A DNA stretch of 64,000 bases from Camelus ferus (Eukaryota), in assembly GCF_009834535.1 (NCBI RefSeq), contig NC_045697.1, positions 56,112,001 to 56,176,000 on the forward strand. Direction: 5' to 3'. The notes under the pieces are model-generated. The model was given only the letters and a program-made list of their open reading frames with translations, was not told the origin of the DNA and made no database searches. Position numbers and translations under genes: made by a program. Below are positions 22,721 through 35,650 of this stretch, piece after piece (the first letter of the stretch is position 1; every line of letters starts with the position of its first letter).

Positions 22721-24209
22721 ATTCTTTGAATAGTATACAAACACACTTAATCACAAATTGATTTGTGTTTGTAATCACATATAGCATCCATGATAATCCT
22801 GAATAAAAAACTCTGATTCTTCTTAGGGCCATATTTCTATTACAATTAATATGTTAATGTTTTGTGCTCTACCTGCTTCAATTTATGTAGTCCACATCCC
22901 GCACACCTTGAAAAATCTACTTAACTACTTCAGAGGGTTGCGCAGAACAGTAACTATCTAAGCAACTAATAAGAAGCTTAGCTGAATTTGTAGGTATCAA
23001 TCTATCTAATTGACTTATTTATACCTTGAGTTTATACTACTCAGGAAAAAAAGGTTAAGTATGCTGTTTACTTAAATAGTATAATTCATTGCCTTTAAAT
23101 TTAGTTTGTACATTATTCCAGAAGGACATGCCAATTATTATAAAGCAGGAAGGCATGGAGCCATTAGCCCCAGCATAGTTTTTTCTAGAAAGTGTATCAT
23201 TCATTAGCTGTAACAATACAAAGATGAGTTCTAAGCTATTCATGGTCTCATAACTGGTTATCATTACATGAAAATGCTTCTGTATTCTTTATTATTTCTG
23301 GTCATGGATGTGGTTCATATCTTAGCTTTTATTATTTGATTCTCTTCCATGTTTAATTGTTTTGTCTGCATTTAAGGCTGATCAGTAGGGATTCATCCAC
23401 AAGAACTCAAGTGATTCGTTGATATGCTTTGATCTTTTCTGAGCTTGAAGATATCCTGCTCATTTGAGTGCTGTTAAGGTATAGTTTAAAAAAAGAACAG
23501 GAAAGGAGAGAAAGAAGAGCCACAGTTTGAGGGAAGTAACAATTAGAGCAAATGATAATTTGACTGATGGATAACTCCATTTCTTTGATGGAATTGTTAG
23601 CAGGAATCCAACTTAGAGAATGAACGCTGCAAAGTTCCTGCTGTGTGATTGTGCAGGAGACTAATAATACACTCCTCCATATGCATAAAGGCTTTTCTTC
23701 TGATGAATTCAAAGCGCTTAGAAGGGAATCCATTAGGACATTTTTTACATAAAGGATGGGACAATCAAAATTTTATTTTCCATTTTATGGATTGGACAGT
23801 AATGTGACATGATTTTGCCAAGGTTTCCCAGTGTCCCTCCTGCTCCCTCTACCACACTGCCTCTAGTTTTGCACCTCATAGTCAGAAAGCAGCATAATCA
23901 CTGGCCCCTGTGTATGATTTCCCCATATCCATCTAGTCCCAATACTTTCCAATGCTAAAAGCTTCTTTTTTCAGAACCAGACTGACCTGTATTATTTATT
24001 TATTTAAAACTCTCTTCAGGAGGTTTTGTGTGTGTCTGTTTTTGCTCTCTCAGTTCAAGCATGATTTAATATGTCAACACTGGTTTGCCTAACCGGGTTT
24101 GATTGTCTTCCATCCTTTACTTAGAACTAGGCAGTCTGTTTTCAAGCATGTTGCTGCCCAGATAAATGAAATGTCACAACAGTGAGGACTCCTTGTTTTG
24201 TGACAGCAG

Positions 24210-24213
<4 letters not shown>

Positions 24214-24240
<27 letters not shown>
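24214..24240. repeat. Poly(T)27 tract
   Basis: Uninterrupted T run read directly. Confidence 0.95.
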
Positions 24241-25534
24241 GACAGTCAGCGGTTGGAAAGAGTGGGTGGCGAGGGCATTTACACAGTAATAATAAAGCCA
24301 ACTTAAGTCAGGTCTCCTCTTCAGGGCCATAGACAAGCAGCAACAGATAATGCACTTAAACTTGGGGGAACTTCACGCTTCGTTCAGATGAAAATAAAGG
24401 TAAACCCAAAACAGGAACTTTTTTCCCACTGGGGACAAGAGGAAAACATCTGTTAGCAGTTGCCTTGGAATCATACTCAAGGATAGCACTTTACTTTTAT
24501 GGTCTGATTTCTTCCATGCTTTATTGCCAGGCCCCGAGATGTGAGTGCTCTCAGCACATAACGTTAGAAGCTAATACATAGGAAAAACATTTTCCGCTGC
24601 CTCCCACAGTAAAAAGCATTGTTGATGATTTTGAAACCTGGATTAGATTTTAAAGATTGGAGGCTCATGAAGTGTAGTACTTGGCACAGAGAAAATCCTC
24701 ACTACATGCCAGTTAGCTTTAAAAGTTGAAAGCAATTTTAATAAAAAACAACCCTAGGTGAAGTGCTGGAGTTTGTTTGTTTGCTTTTGTTTTGTGAACT
24801 AACATTTGTTGGTGTTGCTGCCACCACCCTGGGATGGTAACCTAGCCTTCTGGGACATGTGGAACCCTGGGAGGTGGGGGCCCTCTCTGTCCAGTCCAGT
24901 CTGCAACCGCTCAGCTCCTCATGTCGGGGTCTTTAACAACTAAGGACGTTTCTGAGTGTGAGTGTGTATGAGAGTAAGAGTGAAAATTTTACTTTCAATT
25001 TGAGAGGGAAATAAACTGAGCCAACCAGGCATGCTGCAAGGAATTAAATATATGTTACAGGACTGGAGATGCCATTAATAACAAACTTCGATCAAGGACT
25101 GAAGGAAGAATAAATTAATCACTCAGGAGGCACAGTGTTGGGGGGAAAAAAGTCTGAGATTTGAAAAAATCTGATGAAGGTGAAAGTCTTAACCAAGGGA
25201 GACCTGCCTCATCAAGGGAGAGACTGGCCACAGTGTTCCCATGATCAGATCTCAGGAGAACTTAAATTATTTTCTTCTGAAGTTAGTAGAGAATGGAATA
25301 AAAGCTGCAGAGAAAAAAAATCTTGTTCCTAGAAAATACGAAAGTGGGCCAAAGGGAATAGTTTGACTTTCAAGTCAGTGTAAAAAGCAATAATATACTA
25401 AAAATAATAGAGATCCCAAGAAATAAGGCCAATAAATGACAGCAAATGACAAAAACTGACAATAAATGACAATTCTGAACACCGAACTTGTCACGGTATC
25501 TTAAATGGGACGATAAGGAAGAAGAAGGGTTGAC

Positions 25535-25757
25535 ACGTGTGTGAAGACCTGCCGTGTGCCGGTACTGTTAAATGTTTTATTCACATTCTCTCTTTTAAGC
25601 TTGACAGCATCCTGTGAGCCATAGTTTCTGGGGTAACTGAAGCTCAGTGAGGTTAATTTTGTGAAAATCACTCAAACTAAAACTCGAAAGTGGCAAACTG
25701 ACATTTTCACCCAGGTGTGTTTGTTTCAAATCTGTGTCTTTCCACTATGTTATACGT
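25535..25757 (-). mobile_element. MIR SINE
   Basis: acctgccgtgtgccggtactgtt...acagcatcctgtgag...aactgaagctcagtgaggttaa...agtggcaaactgacatttt...cccagg...tctttccactatg. Confidence 0.8.
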
Positions 25758-26884
25758 TCTCCATTAAAATGCATTTGAGCTCCACTTAATTTTGTCACCC
25801 TGACTCAAATCCCTAGTGGGCTGAATCTGACATCTGTGTGAGCAGCACTACACTGTCCATCCGAGGCAGAGGCATCCCGGAATGACCTAGGAGCCACCAG
25901 GGTCTTCTGGAGGAGATCTTTGTACCGATATTCAGATCCCAAACTGAGGAAGTGGAAAGGCATTTTAAGGTAGAAGGATTGTGCAGGGACAGGGGAATGG
26001 AACAAATAAAGCAAAGCAAGACTCAGTGAGCAAAGCAAAGTGTGAGTGAGAGGAGCTTCTAAGAGCATGAAGCTCTGACCCTGGACAATAGAGGCCCTAT
26101 GACTAGGCTACACAAAAAAATCAAGAATTTACAGCATGTTTTCTATCTGAATATTCAAATTGGGGGAAGAAAAAAACTTTTGAAATAAACCCAATATACA
26201 TGCTGTGCTTGAGTGAGAGAGATCGATTGGGTTGTAGATTAAGAACTCTCATTTCTGACTTTTTCGCTTTTTGCACTCTTGTGCACATAAATTATTTTAC
26301 CTTAATTCTCCACTCCTGTACGTGAACACTTTTTTTTTTGTTTGGCTGTTGGAGTATTGAAGTGCCATCTTACTCAAGTTTCGTTTGTTTTGTTGCTTTT
26401 GTTTCATTTGGGGATGGGGTAGGAAAGCAAAAAATCAAAACTGGACTGTATAATGTGAGTGAAGAGATTGTGTAAGGATTCTGACTTGGAAACAGCCTCT
26501 GCACCTCATGAACCTGGTGTGACCTTTGAAATTTCCTCTCTACAGTAAATTAAATGATTAAATGATTCTTCACCTCCCCACCAATTCTGAGATTACACAG
26601 ATTTCAGGTAGAACTTTTTTTTAACTGGAAGAGACTTCTATTTCAAAGTATTTTCATGTAATTCTTAATTGATTGTGGGAAGTTCAAAAGAAATGGGTTC
26701 AAAAAAAAAAAACCAAATACAGTATGAAAAATGAGGAAACATTTCATAATAAAATAGGACAATTAAAATAGTTGTCACTTCTCTGTTGGCTCATCTAAAT
26801 TAAACAATCAGCCTCATAATAAAGGCAATTGTCCTTATGTTCTAATGGGTGAAACAGAACTGTTAACAGGAAAAAAAGCAGCAC

Positions 26885-27075
26885 ATATTCATACATTTTT
26901 AGACCCAGCTCTATGCCAGGTGTATAGAAACAATTTAACTCTGACAATAACTCTGCCAGAAATATACTGTTGTTTCTATTTTATAATTGAGGAAATTGAA
27001 ACTGAAGTAGATTAGATATGATTTCCAAGAACTCTGAGTGTATAGTTAGCTTCAAATACACTTTTGTTTGGCTTC
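26885..27075 (-). mobile_element. MIR SINE fragment
   Basis: ctatgccagg...acaataactctg...tattttataattgaggaaattgaaact...atgatttccaag. Confidence 0.7.
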
Positions 27076-28774
27076 AATATATATAAACTTTAAGAAAAAA
27101 AAATACTGACTTTCTAAGTTCCCAGAAGGCACCTCATTTTATTTTGTAATTTAAAGAATCAATAAAGCTCAGTTGTTAGAGTTATATGGGATAGAAAAGA
27201 AACGTATAGCCAAAGGACAAGCATGGAGAAGACTTAAGCCCTGATGTAAAGAAACATAATAACTGCTACTTGCTTTTAAAAACCAGATTCAAAGATCAAC
27301 ATATGACAATTGTAGGGGAAGGTATAAAAAGAACTAATTCTATTTAGATTTATATGTAGTCAGTAATGCTAAAGGAATCATAACTAAAATCAAGATTGTA
27401 TAATTATTATATAACTTAAATATTTGACTTACTTTTAATAGGAAGAAGTTATATTAAATTGGGAACAATTATAAGAAATTGCTAAATGTGATGACTTTGT
27501 AAATACAAAAGATGGTGGTTCTGTATGATCTAAAGTGATACATGTGCAGTCAAACTCTATTTATATTCAGTGATACTTCCTCATTTCTTATGCCATGACA
27601 ATAACCTAGATATTGATGAAAATATAACTGTAAACTCAGATTCCCTAAGAGTACTCTTTCTCTCTGTCTTGTCTCTCTCCATCATTCTTACTCCTTGTCT
27701 CCCTTCTTCTCTCCTTTATTTTCCTCTTTATTTGGCAGACAGTATTTTCATCATTCCAAAGATGATAATTTTCAGAGTTTTCAATGTATTTCAGATGAAA
27801 AATGTAACACTGGAAGCCCTTTTTTCAGCTTTAGTATTATAAATATTACTAGTTTTACATAATAAGGTGAAAAAAGGAGGAGATATATGTCCCTGGCTGC
27901 TGGAGAAAAATACATGTTCCTTTTCCCTATTTTGTCCGATTAGTTGCTAATTTATAACATAGTTTTTAAAGGCTTCTTAGAGCTTTTGATTTACAACTGC
28001 TAATCACAACAAATGTTTCTGGTTTTCCGCATAGAAAGATCAGATGAACAACTAAATGTAACTCTGATCTCCAGTCATCCACGCATACCGCTGTTCTTTC
28101 CAAAGGAGTCTTACTTTCTTTGGTCCTAAAGACAAAAGAATTTCTCTCTTTATTTGTATTCTGTCATTTCAGCTCTCTACTACTAAAGTGAACATATCCT
28201 GTTTAAAGGAAAGGAAAATACTAACTACTTTAGCTCTTACCGTTAATTAAAACGCACTTGGCACATATTTTTCCTCACTGAAGTGTTATCTGACTTTGAA
28301 AAACTCTGAAGCCCAGCTCCCAAACAAGATCTAAAACTAGATTGTTTTTTTCCCTCTAATTCTTAATTGTTTCTTTTTCTAATACAAGCTGCTTCAGTCT
28401 TGTATTGTTTTGATTACTCCTACTTATGTCCTTTCTTAATTTCCTTTTTTACTCCTTCTATTATAAATTTTTCTATTATGAATTTATTTTCTTCATTTAA
28501 ATGCCTTTACTTGTTGAGAAAACCTTCAGTTAACTCCTTAAGAGAAAGCTGTTTTGGCTTTGTTATTCAAAATTTATGCTCTTTTCTTCCAAAAGAAGAC
28601 ACTTGGTTCTGTTAACTTAGAACCAAAGGTCAGAGAAGGGTATTACTGTGATATGTAAAGACATAGCCTGACATATATATTTGTTAAGTGTGTGTAGGAA
28701 TTTTCCTGTCTAATAAATCCATCCTGTTTGTTCTGTCACTAGAGATGATGATAAGCATGTTGATGATGATATTA

Positions 28775-29045
28775 AAGTAATAATAATGATACCGTGGCCA
28801 GCACTTCTGTAGCAGGTTCTGTGTGCCACACACTCTGCTAAACACTATATATTTGTTAAATAATTTGATCCTCAAAGGCAGACACACACACAAAAACCCT
28901 ATGAATCATATGTGATTTTTGAGTTTTACAGAAAAACAAGCCAACACAGAGAGTTTACATAATGAGGACAACGGTCAGTTTAGGGCAGAGCTGAATGAAA
29001 GCCCAGGCCGCTTGCTCTAGAGTCTCTGCTCCTACCTTCATTTAC
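28775..29045 (-). mobile_element. MIR SINE
   Basis: aataataatgata...tgtgtgccacacactctgctaaacact...tttgatcctca...ttttacagaaaa...ggcagagctg...agcccagg...gctctagagtc. Confidence 0.75.
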
Positions 29046-30774
29046 CACATGGTGGTGGAGAGACCAGCACACTATGTGTGCTTCACAAGCGTTGATTTTA
29101 TCCTCTCTTCGAAATTTTCCTTGATTTTTTTCCATCAAGAGATACCAGTTAAAAAAAGAAAAGATCATATATGTAATCATTGTATGAATGATACATAAAT
29201 ATTTGAATAGACTTCCTAACAATATTCTCATAGATGTTCTTTTGATTAAAAATCTCAAGAACACATCAACACTTGATACTTTTTTCTCAAAAGATAATAG
29301 TTCAAATACAAAGGATTTCCATCAAGAATAACATTTACATATATGCAAACTCTGTCTAAAAATAAACATACATTGTTATGAACTAAGATAGCAGTATTTT
29401 CATTCAAAAGTACATTGATACAAAAGGAAGTAGAAACCCTCTTCTACTAGATATTCAGGTTTTGCCCACCCTCAGTTTCTCTTGTTTCCCCTCCTTTTAA
29501 ACGCGCAGCAGAGAAGAGGTATGTGTTAAGGTATGCTATGCCACTTTCGAGCATTTTTGGAGGGAGTAGGGGAGCTGTATCATGCCACCCAAAAATCTAA
29601 AAATCTTTTCTCTATCATCATGCTTTTGCAAGAGATTTTTTGAAATACGGATTTGAAATATTATCTTTTAATTTTAAAATACACCTAAATAATAATGTAA
29701 ATAATATAATTAAAACATTAAAGATTGGCATTTTCAGTTGAAGATAATTTCTCTCTTCTCAGGCATCATTATGACTGCCCATTCAACAGTGACTTAATCA
29801 CAAAACAATGAAGTGTTATATTTTGAATAAATTCATAGGAGTTTATTTTTGAAGAAAATATTCCCATTACAGATTTTAGTTATACCTTGTCCATTTAATT
29901 CATTTTATCATTTTAAGAGGAAGAGGAAAATTCCTAGCTACACTAATTGAAGGATCGGGTATAAACTATAGGGACTTACTGAATCCAGTTGGCTTGAACA
30001 TATATTGACATTTTAGCTGAATATTTTGCCAAATTAATATGTATTATTACTATGTATATAACTTACTGCATAAGTAAACATTGTGTTTATTTATACATAG
30101 AACATTTTATTTTTACTTGGCATTTTATATATGATATACATTATATGCTATATCTATTTAACTTTTTTAGAAAATGCATGATATTAAAATATAATTTCAT
30201 TTTTTATTATTTTATGTAAAAACAATAACATATCTTTCTCATTTTACAAAATAAAATTTTATGTGTTCTGAAGGGTGATAACCACAGGCCATAGGGAAAA
30301 GTGCTGGACCACATTCAAATTAGCCTTATTGTTCTATAATATCTTACTGGAGTACAAGGTTAATTAGTACCATAGGCAATATGCATTATTCATCACTGTA
30401 ATCAGGCTTTTATTCTGCTGGGTCTTTATCGATTGCAAATTGTTGTTCTTATAACAAAACCTTGATAAACTATTGTCATGTTTAATTTCACTGAATTATA
30501 TTGGTGATACATACATTAGTTCGTGTACTTTAAATATTCTGAAGATATCTAGAAAAACAGTAAGATTAAAGATTAATGTCCTCTTCTGTAGGAGGACATA
30601 AACTTTCAAGACAAGGAACATAATTATTGTTGCTTATTGTAGGATTTTTTTTCCTTTTAATTCATTTTCTCTGTATCTTATAGAGAAAGCTTTAATAATA
30701 TATTTAGTGGCAATAGTTTCTCCTTAAATATTGATCTTTAAAATATATTTTCCCTTATATTTGTAAAATTAATT

Positions 30775-30895
30775 CATTTCCTCTCTCTCAGTGGAATATA
30801 AACTCCCTGAGACCAGGAACTTTGTATATCAGCAGCACATAGAACAATGACTGGCTTATACCTGAAACATATTTTTTAAATGAATTTAATGAATG
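30775..30895 (+). mobile_element. L2 LINE 3' end
   Basis: gaatataaactccctgagaccaggaactttgt...agcacatagaacaatgactggc...aatgaatttaatgaatg. Confidence 0.7.
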
Positions 30896-32575
30896 TGTGT
30901 GTACATTTACATATAAGAATATATGTCTGTTGACTAACAGTTTCGTAGGACATTCTTTGTAGAATGAAAAACAAAGGAAGAACATCTTGTCTCAATTTTA
31001 GTTCCTGTATTTCCCCTCCTCTTATGTGAAGGAGATAAAGATAGAAGGAAGGAGTGGAGGTAGTGGTGAAGGTGACATAAAAATGATAATTTATTATGTA
31101 ACTCAAAGTTGTAGAATCAAAATAAAGTCATCTAGCACAAGCCTCAGTCATCGTTTTCCTTCATTCGACACCACTTCAGACTAAATTTTCAGTAAATATA
31201 GGGAAATTGTTAAATTTCTCCATTTCTTATTTTTTTCAGAAATCAGATTATTAAGATTACCCACAAACAGCACAGCTGCAGGCCAGTTGCAAGAGATGTT
31301 GGAATGCAGTTTTAACTTTTCGTCTTTCCCCAGGGACTACACAAGTTACTTTCAAAGATATCTCTGTAAACTTCACTGATCTGGAGACTAGTTATCAGAA
31401 AATTTCAGCTGCAATAAGATACCTCAGTTTATTGCTTTTTGATAATTTATCCATAAACAAATTCTCTTTTCTCCTCCCATAGGGTATGCTTAGGAAAATC
31501 TTTGAGACTGTTTTCCTCTCTTTTTTTCCCAATTGCCAGTCATTTCTGATATTCAAACAATAATAATTTAGTCTTTGTCCTCCAGAGGAAGAGAAAAATA
31601 AGAGAAAATATTTTATGAATATGAAATGTCCAGTTTTGCTTATCTAATGCATAGTCTTCCATCTAATTTAGTTTGAGTCTAAAATTTACAATGGAAAGTT
31701 ATACAAAGTATAGTTAAAAATACCTACTCCCCTGCCTTACTCTAAGAATAGAATTGTGGCGTCCGAAAACTTCATTATAGATTGTTTGTCTCGTGGAAAT
31801 TTCTACACATGCCTAAGTTACCACATTAACAATGTTGGCTTCAATCTGTTAACCTATTCTGTCTTTCAGAACACATCGAGGATTTTTTTTTTATATTTAT
31901 TTTTCCTAAATGAATTTGGAGATGTTTAGTGCAGCCCAAGCCCTGGTTTTAAAATACTGTCATCTACTCACACCCATATACACGCCCACATTAAATGTCT
32001 AAGTGTAAGGAATTACAAAAAATACTTTGTTAAAACTGAAACATTTATCTTATGAACATTTATCTTATGACTTTGACATTTAGAAACCTTACACTAATTG
32101 CTATGAAATAGTATGTCAATAAATTAACTATTTCTAGCATATATTTCATTTAAAGCAGCAAAATGCATTGAAGAGATTTCTAACTCAAAACCCTGTATAA
32201 ACTTTTAGCCTACTGCTAGGAAAGAATTAAAGATATTCCTATGGCTGATACATTTTTAAACCTTTAGTCTACATAACCTCTATGAACCTATCAAAAGAAA
32301 GCTACCAGTTTAAGTTTCAAATATCCCAGATTGATCAATGAAGACAAAGATAGTTCATGGTATTCAGAGATGTTCTCTGACAAGAATAGATGACTGTGGA
32401 TAAGTCACTGTACTTACTACAGTCTCCATAGTTAATTTTTTGATGTGACAGATTGGCTTAGTACGATACTTTGCAGAATGGGTTTCCTGGAAATATTCTT
32501 CTGCTCCCTAAAGATCTTTATTAGGATGTTTATATATATTTTTTTTGATTACTGCAAAAAAAACTTTTTTTAAAG

Positions 32576-32914
32576 CCTCTTAGTCCTTTTGGGCTGCTGT
32601 AAGAAAACAGCAGAGACTGTGTGTGGCTTATAAGCAACACAGTTCTCACAGTTCTGGAAGCTGGGACGTCCAGGATGATGACACTGGCAGTCTTCCAAAT
32701 GCAGACTACCGATTTCTCTCTGTGCTCACATGGTTGAAAGGACTAGGGATTCCTCAGGATTCTCTTTTTATAAGACATTAATTCCGTTAATGAGGGCTCC
32801 ATTGTCATGGTTTAAGTACCTCCCAAAGGCTCCACTTACAAATACCATCATCTTTAGGGATTAGGATTTCAACACATGAATTGGGGGAAGGGGCACAAAC
32901 ATTCAGACCATAGC
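32576..32914 (-). mobile_element. MLT1A-like ERVL-MaLR solo LTR
   Basis: tcttagtcc...gggctgct...ggcttataagcaaca...tctcacagttctggaagctggga...acctcccaaaggctccac...aataccatca...ttaggatttcaacacatgaattggggg...cacaaacattcagaccatagc. Confidence 0.9.
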
Positions 32915-35534
32915 CAAAAGTAATATAAGTATGTTCTAAATCTGAGTACTGGCAGAATATTCATTTTCTTTAGTTCTACTCATGCCCTTTTTTCCAAGTA
33001 ACCTTTCATTCCAATTTAATTTACTTAAATATTAATTATTCAGTAACAGGTAATTTGTTAACATGACCAAGCAAAATCCAAATGAAAATAATGCTCATTG
33101 TATGAATAAAAGTTTCATAGCAGTTTAAATGTAGGATAGTTTCAAGAGGATTGAATCATCACTTTGTGTTGAACTCAGTAAGTTCCCCCTGTAATGACAG
33201 AGCATAGTCAAACAGCATTTTACTTGCAGCTAAATATCATAATCTCACATTAATTAGTATTAGCAATTTTATTGGTTCTGTAGTTTCGTTTGTATTGACT
33301 TTGTGAAGGTGTTTAGTTTTATCAATATAGCTATTATAAGCTGATAATTTTATTTTTAGCTTTATATTTGTATAAATAAAGGTAATAGAAATTTTAAAAA
33401 ATAATAAATACTAAGAGGTTTAGTTTTTTTTCTTTTGAACTTTATTCAAGTTTTAGGACTGTTAAAATGATCTCTGTCTCTTCTTGAGAATGAAATCTTT
33501 GAATTATTTTCAGGCTTAGTACTTTATACACATTTACCATCAACTATATATTCTTCAGGATGTTTTTTTCAGATATTAATAGAGGAGGGTTAAGTGTTTA
33601 AATGAGCAAAGGAGTTTTCTAAATTTTGTTGCACAAACAGTATTTGGCACTTGCCTAAGTTACTTGCTCTTTAAATGAGAATCACTGAAGAATTGTTTTT
33701 AGCACTTTGAGGTCTGTATGTGTCTGCACTGATAGGCTAACTCAATAATACTAAGTACTGCTTGTATTAGTTTGAAATTGATATGCTCAGAAAAAGCAGA
33801 ATTTATCATTTTACTTTTCTTAATTGACACAAGTTGGCTGAAAATCAACTCTTGAAAAAATGGAAATGGTCGAATTTGAATCACACTGACTGGAATTATT
33901 AGGCACTGATATATTGATCCAACAGAGCTGAAGATTCTTTTTATCAAATATGGGGAAAACAAAGTCAATGAACAATAAGAGGACCTATGTTCCTAATTTT
34001 ATAATTAGGAAATATTTTGAAAATATAATGAAGCATCAGTAATAAATAGCAAAACAGTTCTAAATGTAATTCCAACTCATTTGTTCCAACATTCATATAT
34101 CTCACATTGATGCTTTACTTAAGCTACATACACTGCCACAGCCATGAAATGGCTTGTGTATCTGTCGTCCACCCCATTACCTACAGTTCTATATACAAAT
34201 ACTTCCTTTCTGTCTTCTAATTATTCAGTCATACCTGGGAAGAACACTGAGAACATAACTAATGAGATGAAACAGTAGAAATTCTACATTCTCATGCTGA
34301 ACTGCTTATTTAGTTATTTTGTAGTTAAAGAATCCCCATAAGAATTTTTGAATGATCTTTGAAAAATTTTTTAAAGTCTAAGGAAAATATTATATCTCCC
34401 AATGATGAAAGTATGCTTTATATAGAAATTTCTCTCTTAAGTTAACATTTCAAAGCACCAAATAAAATAATTGTTTCCTACATTCAGCTGCATTTTCTAG
34501 TTTAAGGTCTGATTGAGGATCAAGTTAGTATAGTATTTGATTATTTCCAAAAATAAACTCTTAGACTGGTTTTAAACCAATTGAATTCTCCACATAAGAA
34601 AGCCATAATTATAGGCTCAGGAAACATGCTAGAATGAGTAAAAGCCAGCATTAAGGGTACTTTTATACTTCTTCTCTCATATTTTCTTTATTTTGTTGCC
34701 AAATTATTGCCTGAGTCTTGACACTAAATATTAGCCATGTATTTATTTCTTGGTAAACCTCAAAGACCTGTTTTCTAATGTGTCCTTTCTGTCTCCCTTT
34801 AAAAAAAAAAAAAAAAAGTCAAGCAACATAACAAACTTTTCATTGAAAACAGTTAAATCTTTATCTAAATAAAACTTTAATTTATGTACATTCTTTACAT
34901 AAGGGAAGTCTTTACAAGTTTGTGCTACGTAATTGCTGTCAACATTCTGCACCAATCATATATGAGTGGCTCAGGTCATGCAGAGCATGTGTGGGTAGAA
35001 CAGTCATCTGACCTGCATTTCTGTCTCTCTCTGCTAACTGGGACTATCTAGACCCACCCTACTGGTTTTTTAAAGATGAACTGCCCCTGACCCCGGCTCC
35101 TGCCCCTGATGAGCTCTGAGTCCCCTGATTTACCTGTGCCTTTCCAGTCTTCTCCTCCACCAGTAGTATCTGTTACTGACCCTTCTATGGGAGACAGGGA
35201 GGAGAAAATAACCACAGCCATCATTTTTCTGAGTGTAAAGGTTTGAAAGTAACAAGTCTGCTTGTTACATGAGGTATGTCTGTATTACAAAAAGCAGCTG
35301 GATGTGGGGGTGGAGTTATGTTAAGAAGAGTGTTATAGGAGAAACTCTTAGTTAATCCCCCAAAATTTACCCATTTGGGAAGGGTGTACAGTTAGACAGA
35401 GATAAAGAGATGATTTAGAGTTAGAAATTAAATATATATATATATATACTTATATATAGGTTGATTGATATATAGCCATATCTCAAGAAATAACCCATTT
35501 TTGTATAATAGAATTATTTATAATTAACATGTAT

Positions 35535-35650
35535 TTAATTATTCAATAAATATTAACTGAGGGCAAATAAGTACTAGATATTCTACTACAAGAGATACAA
35601 GGTGAACAAAGAACAAAAGATTCCTGAGTTCCTGGAGATCATTTCTAGTG
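35535..35650 (-). mobile_element. L2 LINE 3' end
   Basis: attcaataaatattaactgag...gagatacaaggtgaacaaa...attcctg...cctggagatcatttctagtg. Confidence 0.7.

Noticed and set aside
25851..25870. REST/RE1 site
   Set aside because: Only the CTGTCCAT half-site matches.
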